The notes under the pieces are model-generated. The model worked only from the letters and a program-made list of their open reading frames with translations. It did no database searches and had not been told where the DNA came from. Positions 25,928-34,278 of a stretch of 34,278 bases of DNA are shown piece by piece. The stretch's first letter is position 1. Every line of letters begins with the position of its first letter. A program made the position numbers and the translations under genes. Source of the stretch: Acidobacteriota bacterium (GTDB taxonomy: Bacteria; Acidobacteriota; Vicinamibacteria; Vicinamibacterales; SCN-69-37); assembly GCA_021824055.1 (NCBI GenBank), contig JAKALV010000003.1, positions 1 through 34,278 of the forward strand, given 5' to 3'.

Positions 25928-27589
25928 TCAGAGCGTCAGGACGTAGTGCAGGCCCATTTCGAGGGGCAACACGTCCAGCAGCCGGTCGACCACCGCCTGG
26001 CCATACCGATTCATGAAGAACGGCAGATCCACGATCCGCTCCTGCGGTTCGCCCGCCGGAAACGCGAGCGCCTGCGTGCGGGTGAACTGGCGGCGGAGGG
26101 TCTCATCCTTCTTCTTGCTGGCGTGAATGATCTTGTTATGCAGGGTCTTCACCGTGTCCTGCATGCGCTCGCGCGTCGTGTCGGCCGCGCCCGTCAGCGT
26201 CGGGTCCACCTCGGCCACGATGGCCTTGATCGTCTCGATGCGCGCCGAGACTTCGCGGACCAGATCCTCCAGCCCAGGCTCGAGTGTGGGCGGGAGCTGG
26301 CTCTCCAGCAACTTGTTCAGGGCCGTTTCACCTTCGGTATGCAACGATTCGAGCGGCAACGCGGAGCGCTCGAGAAATCGCACGGCCGCTGAATCCAGCA
26401 GCGTGGCGTTGGCGCGCGGATAGAGCAGAGGCGCTTCGACACCGAAGGCGCCATAGATCCCGCCGAGTTGCGCCTGATAGGCGAGCTCACTCGGCCCCGC
26501 CACGTAACAGACCGTGGGGAAGAGGCGATCCTGAACAACAGGGCGGAGCAGCACATTCGGGCTGAACCGCTCCGGATGCTCGAGGGCTTCGGCGCGCAGG
26601 GCGTCTGCCTCATGGACCGTGTCGCCGATGGTGTATCCACCGCCGGAGCGGCGCTTGATGGCCTGCCGGCCGCCACCGCCGAGGTAGAACAAGGCGACGC
26701 TGTCCTCGGACGGTTCCACCTGCGGCGTGTGGCCAAGACGTCGCATGGCCTCACCGGTCTCCTTGGCCAAAGCCGCCGTGTGACAGGGCACCTCCAGTTC
26801 GCGCCGGAACAGATCGGCGACGAGCGGTTTGGCGGCCGGATCCGAGGCTTCGAACACGACCAGTCCGTGCCGTCCGAGCAGGTCGTCAATCCACGCGGCG
26901 AACGCGTCGCCCATGCGCCGGCCGGGTTTGTAGTGCTGCCGCAACCGGGTGATGAGGTCGTCCGTGAATTCGGTCTTTGCGAGGTTCGCCTCGAGCTCGC
27001 CGATCGCGTCATCGATGCCGGCATCGAAGGTCAGGGAGGAGACCGGCCGCTCGCCGGCCCCGTCGAGATGGCCGAGCGTCACGCTGCGAAGGTGCAAGTC
27101 GGCATCGAGCACGTGCGCCGTGCGCACCTCGTCCCAGTCGTGGTCTTCGGACTCGACCCAGAACACGGGAATAGCCGCGACGCCGTGCCGGGCCGAGACC
27201 TTTCTGGCCAGCTGGATGGCCGTAATGGCCTTCAGGAGCGTGTAGAGCGGCCCGCCGAAGAGCCCGGCCTGCTGGCCGGTCACGACGGCGACCGTGGACG
27301 GGTCGGCCAGCCGTCCGGCCACGGCTCGGGCATGCGCGTGCGCACTCCGCCGCTCCAGCTGTCCCGACACGATTCTGGCGATGGCGGTGCGGTCGCGCGT
27401 GCTCTTCTGTACCCGCGCAATCGTGTGTTTCCATGCGGCCGGATCGGCGGGATTTCCGGCGAACAGCGGCGCCACGCTCGCGAAATCCGACGAGTACGCG
27501 CTCACGAGCGGGCGAATCCACGAGAAACGACGGACGTCGAGCGACTGCCGGACGTCGCCGGTCGCCATGGAAGCGGCAGCGGGTTGCAT
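25928..27589 (-). CDS. bshC: Bacillithiol biosynthesis cysteine-adding enzyme BshC
   Basis: VVTGQQAGLFGGPLYTLLKA, PVFW..EDHD..E, FSPNVLLRP..Q..LFP, YVAGPSELAY.AQL, PQER. Confidence 0.94.
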   Translation of the reverse strand: MQPAAASMATGDVRQSLDVRRFSWIRPLVSAYSSDFASVAPLFAGNPADPAAWKHTIARVQKSTRDRTAIARIVSGQLERRSAHAHARAVAGRLADPSTVAVVTGQQAGLFGGPLYTLLKAITAIQLARKVSARHGVAAIPVFWVESEDHDWDEVRTAHVLDADLHLRSVTLGHLDGAGERPVSSLTFDAGIDDAIGELEANLAKTEFTDDLITRLRQHYKPGRRMGDAFAAWIDDLLGRHGLVVFEASDPAAKPLVADLFRRELEVPCHTAALAKETGEAMRRLGHTPQVEPSEDSVALFYLGGGGRQAIKRRSGGGYTIGDTVHEADALRAEALEHPERFSPNVLLRPVVQDRLFPTVCYVAGPSELAYQAQLGGIYGAFGVEAPLLYPRANATLLDSAAVRFLERSALPLESLHTEGETALNKLLESQLPPTLEPGLEDLVREVSARIETIKAIVAEVDPTLTGAADTTRERMQDTVKTLHNKIIHASKKKDETLRRQFTRTQALAFPAGEPQERIVDLPFFMNRYGQAVVDRLLDVLPLEMGLHYVLTL

Positions 27590-27643
27590 CAAGCGAATCT
27601 ACTACAGTCGTCGGCGTGTTACTATTCTTTGGATCGCCAAGGA

Positions 27644-29542
27644 GTGTCCGCACTGCCCTTCGACGAGTCCAACACCTTCACTCCTCCGTCCGCATTTGGA
27701 CCCTATCGGGTCCTTCATCAAATTGGCAGCGGCGTTCTGGGGCCCGTCTTCCGGACCTACGATCCCCATGCCGACCGGCTGGTTGCCGTCAAGGCGTTCC
27801 GCCTCGATTTGTTGCCGGAGGACGTGGCGCACCTTGCGGATGAGCTCCGTAAGCTGGTCGGCACGGCCGGGTATCTCGCCGCCGGTCTTGAAGGGACCAC
27901 GGCGTACCTGGCGATGGACTACCACGCCGCCGAAACACTCGACGTCGCCCTGCGTCATCTCGCGCCCGCGCCGATCGAGACCGCGCTGCCGATCCTCCGA
28001 GCGATGGCCGAGGCCGTCGACGCCGCCTGGGCCGCCGGCGCCGCGTTCGGACATGGAGCCCTGCACCCTCGGGACGTCTTCGTGACGCCCGGTACGGGCG
28101 AACTGCACATCACCGGCTTTGGCATCGCGCCCGCGCTCGAAGCCATCGGCGCGCGCCCCCCGCTGCGCCGCCCGTACACGTCACCGGAACGCGCGGCGGG
28201 CGCCCCGTGGGACATCCGGGCGGACGTGTATGCCCTCGGCGCGATAGCGCATGAGTTGCTCACAGGACGCCGGCCGGCAGGGCCCGGAGAACAGGACGGC
28301 TCGCTGCCGGCTGCCATGGCCCCGGAGCTTCGCGTCCGGATCAGGCGCGTGTTGTCGACAGCATTGGCCGAGTCGCCCGCGGCTCGCTTCGCGTCCGGCC
28401 GCGAGTTCATCGGTGCCCTCGAGGATCCGTCGGCGTTCTCCGAAACAGCCGTCACCCCAACTTCAATCACGGGATTCCCCCCGGCCGCAGACGCACCGGC
28501 GCCCGCGGGTGAGCCGGTTGGCGTCGAGGGCGAAGCGGGTTCCGCTGAACCCCCCGCGCTAGTGCCGGCGCCTCCGCCCCGTCGCCCGCGCGCCCGCGTC
28601 GCAACGCCGGCGCAGCGATCCGTTGCGCGCGCGACGTCACGTGGGAAGGGGCCCGGCGCCGGCGAGGCCCCGCTTCCGGCCGGCGACGCGCCGATCGACA
28701 GCGGCGACATCCTGCTCCGGCCGGAGGTCGGGCCAGATGAAGAAGATGTGCTGCGGACCGCGTCGGACGCGCCGCTGCGGGGTGCGGCCGCGCCTGGGGC
28801 GCTGTCCTTGCCGCCGCCGTTTCCCTGGGTCGCAATGGCGGCGGCGGTGTTGGCCACAGGGATCATCTGCGGAGTTGGTGGTTACCAGTTGGGCATGCAG
28901 CGCGCGGTCACGCTGGTGCCGCCGCCCACCGCGTCTGCGACGTCGACGCAGCCGCCGGCGGCCGTGGGATCGCTGCCGACGTCGCCTCACGACACCGAAG
29001 TGGCAGTGGGTGGCACGGCGGCGGCCGGCGAACCCACGTCGGGAACTCCGGTGCCCGACGCGAAGCCTCCGGCGCTGCCCGGACAGGTCGTGGTACGCAG
29101 TACGCCGGCGGGCGCCGCGGTCAGCATCGACGGCAAGTCCGTCGGCCACACGCCGCTGACCGCCCGTGATCTTGCGCTCGGCACACATCGCGTTGTGCTG
29201 TCGCGTGCGGGATTCGCCAGCGAGGCGCGTCGCGTGGCGTTGACTCGCCGGGCGCCATCGTCGACGATCACTGTCACGCTGAAAGCCCAACGAGCGGCGC
29301 GCGGTGAGACGGCGCCCAAGGCGGCGACGACGGGGGCGATCGCGGTGGACTCGCGTCCGCGAGGCGCACGGGTCACCATTGACGGTCGCGCTGTTGGCGT
29401 GACGCCGCTCAGTGCGCCCGGGCTCGCGCCCGGCGCGCATCGAGTACGTGTGGAGCTTGCGGGCTACAAGCCGGTGGCGACGGCCGTGACCGTGAAGGCC
29501 GGAGAGACGGCGCGCATTGCCGTGACATTGGAACAACGATGA
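27644..29542 (+). CDS. Membrane-anchored Ser/Thr kinase-like (pseudokinase) protein with two C-terminal PEGA domains
   Basis: [22 protein letters not shown], degenerate catalytic loop [12 protein letters not shown] for DFG, YTSPE, ADVYALG. Pro/Ala linker, TM helix, two S.P.GA.V.IDG..VG.TPL repeats. GTG 27644 start is tentative. Confidence 0.85.
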   Translation: MSALPFDESNTFTPPSAFGPYRVLHQIGSGVLGPVFRTYDPHADRLVAVKAFRLDLLPEDVAHLADELRKLVGTAGYLAAGLEGTTAYLAMDYHAAETLDVALRHLAPAPIETALPILRAMAEAVDAAWAAGAAFGHGALHPRDVFVTPGTGELHITGFGIAPALEAIGARPPLRRPYTSPERAAGAPWDIRADVYALGAIAHELLTGRRPAGPGEQDGSLPAAMAPELRVRIRRVLSTALAESPAARFASGREFIGALEDPSAFSETAVTPTSITGFPPAADAPAPAGEPVGVEGEAGSAEPPALVPAPPPRRPRARVATPAQRSVARATSRGKGPGAGEAPLPAGDAPIDSGDILLRPEVGPDEEDVLRTASDAPLRGAAAPGALSLPPPFPWVAMAAAVLATGIICGVGGYQLGMQRAVTLVPPPTASATSTQPPAAVGSLPTSPHDTEVAVGGTAAAGEPTSGTPVPDAKPPALPGQVVVRSTPAGAAVSIDGKSVGHTPLTARDLALGTHRVVLSRAGFASEARRVALTRRAPSSTITVTLKAQRAARGETAPKAATTGAIAVDSRPRGARVTIDGRAVGVTPLSAPGLAPGAHRVRVELAGYKPVATAVTVKAGETARIAVTLEQR

Positions 29543-30666
29543 TGGAAGCCATTCTGGCGCTGGAGAACGGACAGATATTCCGCGGCAAGGCCGCGGGCGC
29601 CGCCGGTGAGACGGGCGGCGAGGTGGTGTTCAACACCGCCATGACCGGGTATCAGGAAGTGCTGACCGACCCGTCGTACTCGGGGCAGATTGTCACGATG
29701 ACGTCGGCGGAAATCGGCAACTACGGCGTGGCCCGTGAGGATCAGGAATCGCGCGGGCTGCACGTGGCCGGTTTCATCGTGCGCGATGCGTCGCCGATGG
29801 CGAGCAACTGGCGCGCCGACGGCACGCTTCGCGACTACCTGACGTCCCACAACGTCGTCGCGATCTCGGATATCGACACGCGGGCCCTCACGCGCGTCCT
29901 GCGCTCGAGCGGCGTCATGCGCGGCGTGATGGCGACCGGATCACCCGATCCCGAGACGCTGGTCGCGCGCGCGCGCGCGCTGCCGCAGATGGAAGGCAGC
30001 GACCTGGTCACGGGCGTGACCTGCGGCGAGGCCTTCGACTGGATGCCGCCCGCCGACGATCCCGACTACGTCGTGGCGCCCTCGCGGAAGGCCGCGCGCG
30101 TGCTGCGCGTGGCCGCGTACGACTACGGCATGAAATGGAACATCCTGCGCCGGTTCACCGCGCACGGTTGCGCCGTGCGTGTGTATCCCGCGGGAACGCC
30201 GGCGGCCGATGTTCTGGCGACGCAACCGGACGGCGTGTTTCTGAGCAATGGCCCTGGCGATCCGGCGGTGCTCGACTACGCCATCGCGAATGCGAAGGTG
30301 CTGATTGCCTCGGGCGTGCCGGTCTTCGGGATCTGCCTGGGCCACCAGCTCCTCAGCCTGGCCATGGGGGCCTCCACGTTCAAGCTGAAATTCGGCCACC
30401 GCGGCGCCAATCACCCCGTGAAGGAGCTGCGGACCGGCAAGATCGAGATCACGTCGCAGAATCATGGATTCGCGGTGGATCCCGACTCGCTGCCGTCGCA
30501 CGTGCAGGTGACGCATCTGAATCTGTACGACGGCACGATTGAAGGCGTGCGTCACGCGCGCCAGCCGGTGTTCTGCGTGCAATACCACCCCGAGGCGGCG
30601 CCGGGTCCGCACGACGCCGATTATCTGTTCAGCCAGTTTCTCGGGGAGATGGAACATCGTGCCTAA
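29539..30666 (+). CDS. carA: Carbamoyl-phosphate synthase small subunit
   Basis: [47 protein letters not shown]. Confidence 0.98.
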   Translation: MMEAILALENGQIFRGKAAGAAGETGGEVVFNTAMTGYQEVLTDPSYSGQIVTMTSAEIGNYGVAREDQESRGLHVAGFIVRDASPMASNWRADGTLRDYLTSHNVVAISDIDTRALTRVLRSSGVMRGVMATGSPDPETLVARARALPQMEGSDLVTGVTCGEAFDWMPPADDPDYVVAPSRKAARVLRVAAYDYGMKWNILRRFTAHGCAVRVYPAGTPAADVLATQPDGVFLSNGPGDPAVLDYAIANAKVLIASGVPVFGICLGHQLLSLAMGASTFKLKFGHRGANHPVKELRTGKIEITSQNHGFAVDPDSLPSHVQVTHLNLYDGTIEGVRHARQPVFCVQYHPEAAPGPHDADYLFSQFLGEMEHRA

Positions 30667-33600
30667 GCGCACCGACTTGAAACGCATCCTGGTGCTGGGG
30701 TCCGGTCCGATCGTCATCGGCCAGGCGTGTGAGTTCGACTACTCGGGCACGCAGGCCTGCAAAGCGCTGCGGGCCGAAGGCCTCGAAGTCATTCTCGTCA
30801 ACAGCAATCCGGCCACGATCATGACCGATCCGGAATTCGCGGATCGCACGTACGTCGAACCGTTGACCGTGGATGTGGTGGAGAAGATCATCGCCAAGGA
30901 ACGGCCCGATGCGGTGCTGCCCACCGTCGGCGGCCAGACCGCGCTGAATCTCGCGGTCGAGCTCGCCGAACGGGGCGTGCTCGCGAAGTACGGGGTCGAG
31001 CTGATCGGCGCGTCCATCGAGGCGATTCAGGTCGCGGAAGACCGCCAGAAGTTCAAGGACGCCATGCGCGACATCGGCGTCGACGTCCCGAAGAGCTACG
31101 TCGTACGGTCGATGGACGACGCCGTGATCGCGGCCGAGGAGATCGGATTTCCGATCATCATCAGGCCGTCCTTCACGATGGGCGGCGTCGGCGGCGGGAT
31201 TGCGTACAACGTCGAGGAATTCCGCGAGATCGCCGGGCGTGGGCTCAGCATGAGTCCCGTCCACGAGATTCTGGTCGAGCAGTCGGTGATTGGGTGGAAG
31301 GAATTCGAGCTCGAAGTGATGCGCGATTGCGCGGACAACTTCGTGGTGATCTGTTCGATCGAGAATATCGATCCGATGGGCGTGCACACCGGGGACTCGA
31401 TCACGATCGCGCCGGCGCTGACCCTGACCGATCGCGAGTACCAGCGGATGCGCGACGCCGCGCGCAAGATCATCCGGCGTGTGGGCGTGGAAACCGGCGG
31501 GTCGAATATCCAGTTCGCGGTCAATCCGGCCAACGGCCAGATGATCGCGATCGAAATGAACCCCCGCGTGTCGCGGTCGTCCGCGCTGGCGTCGAAGGCC
31601 ACGGGTTTTCCGATCGCGAAGATCGCGGCGAAGCTCGCGCTCGGCTACACGCTGGACGAGATTCCGAATGACATCACGCGGCTGACACCGGCCTCGTTCG
31701 AGCCCACGATCGATTACATCGTCACCAAGGTGCCGCGGTGGGCGTTCGAGAAGTTTCCGCAGGCGGATCGCACGCTGACGACGCAGATGAAGTCGGTGGG
31801 CGAGGCGATGGCGATCGGGCGCACGTTCAAAGAGTCGTTTCTCAAAGCCTTTCGGTCGCTCGAACTCGGGTCGAGCGGGCGCCTGTTCGGGCAGACGCGG
31901 CCGGGCGGCCCGTTCGCCGATGAAGACGACGCGGCGCTCCAGCGCGCGATCAGCGTGCCGACCGACCGGCGCATGTTCGCGGTGTTCCGCGCGCTTGAGC
32001 GCGGCTGGAGCCTCGATGAACTCCATCGGCTCACCAAGATCGATCCGTGGTTCCTGACGCAGTTTGAAGAGGTCATGGCCATGGCCCGATCGGCGGCGGC
32101 CGAGGGCGCCGAGGCTCTGTCGGCCGAACGCCTGCGCGATCTGAAGCGCGCGGGTTTTGGCGACGCCGATCTGGCCGTCATTCTCGGGGTCGGCGAAGGC
32201 GAGATCCGCGCAGAGCGGCTCGCGGCCGGGCTGGCGGCGTCCTACAAGCGGATCGACACGTGTGCCGCCGAGTTCGAGTCGTTCACGCCGTACATGTATG
32301 GCAGCTACGAACGCGAGTGCGAGGCGAATCCGACGCCGAAGCGGAAGGTCGTGATTCTCGGCAGCGGTCCGAACCGCATCGGCCAGGGCATCGAGTTTGA
32401 CTATTGCTGCTGTCATGCGGCGTTTGCCCTGCAGGCCGAGGGGTACGAGACGATCATGGTGAACTGCAACCCTGAAACCGTCTCCACCGACTACGACACC
32501 GTCGACCGCCTGTACTTCGAGCCGCTGACCTTCGAGGACGTGACCGCGATCATCGATCGCGAGAAGTCCGCCGGCGCGGACGTGTCGTGCGTCGTCCAGT
32601 ACGGCGGACAGACGCCGCTCAAGCTGTCGCTGAGCCTGCACGCGGCCGGCGTGAAAATCATCGGCACGTCGCCGGATTCCATTGATTTGGCGGAAGATCG
32701 TGAGCGGTTCTCGAAGCTGTTGTCGGAGCTCGACATCCCGCAGGCCTCGAGCGGCATCGCGCGATCACCGGAGGAGGCGCGTGAGGTCGCGACGTCGATC
32801 GGGTTTCCAGTGGTCGTGCGTCCGTCGTATGTGCTCGGTGGACGCGCCATGGCGATCGTGTACGACATGGGCACGCTCGAACGCTACATGCGCTTCGCGG
32901 TCAACGCGGCGCCGGAACATCCGATCCTGATCGACAAGTTCCTCGAGGATGCGTTCGAGATCGACGTGGATTGCGTGGCCGACGGCACCGGCGCGGTGAT
33001 GATCGGCGGCATCATGGAGCACATCGAGCAGGCCGGCATCCACTCCGGCGACAGCTCGTGCGTCGTGCCCCCTGTGCAGCTCCCGGAGCGCCACGTGGCG
33101 ACCATCCGCGAGTACACGCGGCGCATCGCGCGCGCCATCAACGTGATCGGCCTCATGAACACGCAGTTCGCCGTGAAGGACGACGTCGTGTACGTGCTCG
33201 AGGTGAATCCGCGCGCGTCGCGCACGGTACCGTATTTGTCGAAGGCCACCGGCGTGCCGCTGGCCAAGGTCGCCGCGCAGGTCATGGTGGGGCGCACGCT
33301 CGCCGACCTCGGGCTTACCGAGGACCTCACCGTGTCGGGACATTTCGTCAAGACGCCCGTGTTTCCCTTCGTGCGCTTCCCGGGCGTGGACACGCTGCTC
33401 GGCCCGGAGATGAAATCGACGGGCGAAGTCATGGGCGGAGCCGAGTCGTTCGGCGCGGCGTTCGCCAAGGCGCAGCTCGGCGCGGGGAACCGTCTGCCGC
33501 TCTCCGGCACCGCGTTCATCAGCGTGAACAACAACGACAAGCACAACGTCGTGCCCATCGCGCGCGATCTGGCGGCCCTGGGATTCAAGCTGATTGCCAC

Positions 33601-33916
33601 GCGCGGCACGGCGGCGTACCTGCGCGCGCACGGCCTCGAGGTCGACATCGTCTACAAGATCAACGAGGGCCGGCCGCACATCGGCGACGAAATCCTGAAC
33701 AAGCGCGTGGCGCTCGTCATCAACACGCCGCTCGGCCGCGAGTCCTTCTTTGACGACCGCACCGTGCGGCGCGTGGCCATGCTGAATGGCGTTCCGGCGG
33801 TGACCACGCTCACCGGCGCCGCCGCCACGGTCAGCGCGATTGCCGCATTGCGTGCGGAAGGACTGACCGTGAAATCCCTGCAGGAATATCACGCGGTCGG
33901 GCAAGGTATCCGCTAA
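30659..33916 (+). CDS. carB: Carbamoyl-phosphate synthase large subunit
   Basis: GTG start giving [30 protein letters not shown]. Duplicated ATP-grasp halves ([19 protein letters not shown]) and a C-terminal MGS-like domain. Confidence 0.98.
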   Translation: MPKRTDLKRILVLGSGPIVIGQACEFDYSGTQACKALRAEGLEVILVNSNPATIMTDPEFADRTYVEPLTVDVVEKIIAKERPDAVLPTVGGQTALNLAVELAERGVLAKYGVELIGASIEAIQVAEDRQKFKDAMRDIGVDVPKSYVVRSMDDAVIAAEEIGFPIIIRPSFTMGGVGGGIAYNVEEFREIAGRGLSMSPVHEILVEQSVIGWKEFELEVMRDCADNFVVICSIENIDPMGVHTGDSITIAPALTLTDREYQRMRDAARKIIRRVGVETGGSNIQFAVNPANGQMIAIEMNPRVSRSSALASKATGFPIAKIAAKLALGYTLDEIPNDITRLTPASFEPTIDYIVTKVPRWAFEKFPQADRTLTTQMKSVGEAMAIGRTFKESFLKAFRSLELGSSGRLFGQTRPGGPFADEDDAALQRAISVPTDRRMFAVFRALERGWSLDELHRLTKIDPWFLTQFEEVMAMARSAAAEGAEALSAERLRDLKRAGFGDADLAVILGVGEGEIRAERLAAGLAASYKRIDTCAAEFESFTPYMYGSYERECEANPTPKRKVVILGSGPNRIGQGIEFDYCCCHAAFALQAEGYETIMVNCNPETVSTDYDTVDRLYFEPLTFEDVTAIIDREKSAGADVSCVVQYGGQTPLKLSLSLHAAGVKIIGTSPDSIDLAEDRERFSKLLSELDIPQASSGIARSPEEAREVATSIGFPVVVRPSYVLGGRAMAIVYDMGTLERYMRFAVNAAPEHPILIDKFLEDAFEIDVDCVADGTGAVMIGGIMEHIEQAGIHSGDSSCVVPPVQLPERHVATIREYTRRIARAINVIGLMNTQFAVKDDVVYVLEVNPRASRTVPYLSKATGVPLAKVAAQVMVGRTLADLGLTEDLTVSGHFVKTPVFPFVRFPGVDTLLGPEMKSTGEVMGGAESFGAAFAKAQLGAGNRLPLSGTAFISVNNNDKHNVVPIARDLAALGFKLIATRGTAAYLRAHGLEVDIVYKINEGRPHIGDEILNKRVALVINTPLGRESFFDDRTVRRVAMLNGVPAVTTLTGAAATVSAIAALRAEGLTVKSLQEYHAVGQGIR

Positions 33917-33969
33917 GCCTCAGGTTTCCCTGCCACCAGGCATCGTCCGCAGCGGTCGCCGGTCCCATC

Positions 33970-34187
33970 GTGTGATCGCCCATGCGAAGCGCGTGGGCCG
34001 CGTTGAGAGTGGCCATCTTGATGGCCGCGGCCGGAGGAATGCCGGCCAGCACGAGCGCGTGCAGCCCGCGGTGCACGCCGAACCCGGAGAGGTATTCACC
34101 CCAGTTCGGGTGATCGGTGCCGACGGTGATCAGCCGCGCGCCGCTCCGGTCGTAGAAGCGCTTCACTTCCTTCATCGTGGAGCGCAT
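33970..34187 (-). pseudogene. Fragment of an amidohydrolase-family gene
   Basis: LITVGTD...GFGVHRGLHALVLAGIPPAAAIKMATLNAAHAL matches the amidohydrolase C-terminal region. The usual G.IE.GK.AD tail is missing, the frame runs into carB, and the 30 upstream codons look unrelated. Confidence 0.6.
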
Positions 34188-34278
34188 CTTTGCCGTCAGC
34201 GTTCGACCCGGCCTGACGGGACGACGAGTGCGGCCGAGGCGCGCACGGAGGATAATGGGTCCGAGGTGTTGCCATGCG

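Noticed and set aside
26468-27643. N-terminal 392 aa of the 1024-aa ORF 26468-29542
   Set aside because: Antisense to bshC. Kinase-like sequence only begins after about 27644.

Overview
High-GC, gene-dense bacterial chromosome segment. Gene content (Oar-type TonB-dependent receptor, M14/M28 peptidases, bshC, PEGA pseudokinase, short type IV pilin) suggests Acidobacteriota; this is inference. Order: 5'-partial M14 peptidase, M28 peptidase, pilin, a probable gene remnant and an EamA-like protein (+); alaS, recX, pilT, ilvE and a Ser/Thr kinase (-); rsmE (+); prmA, dnaJ, grpE, hrcA with a variant CIRCE, a four-helix-bundle gene and a class A PBP (-); a ROK regulator, TonB-dependent receptor and argH-like lyase (+); bshC (-); a PEGA pseudokinase, carA and carB (+); an amidohydrolase remnant (-). 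The most unusual signal is non-coding. Five intergenic regions (about 8296-8577, 10151-10325, 13109-13355, 16902-17647, 24357-24430) hold degenerate 6-10 nt tandem-repeat arrays, mostly as inverted pairs. Each has a different repeat unit and most start at a stop codon. One encloses the four-helix-bundle (23S rRNA IVP/Avd-like) gene with a sigma54-like promoter; the others carry no gene. Many genes appear leaderless. No rRNA, tRNA, CRISPR array or transposase was seen.
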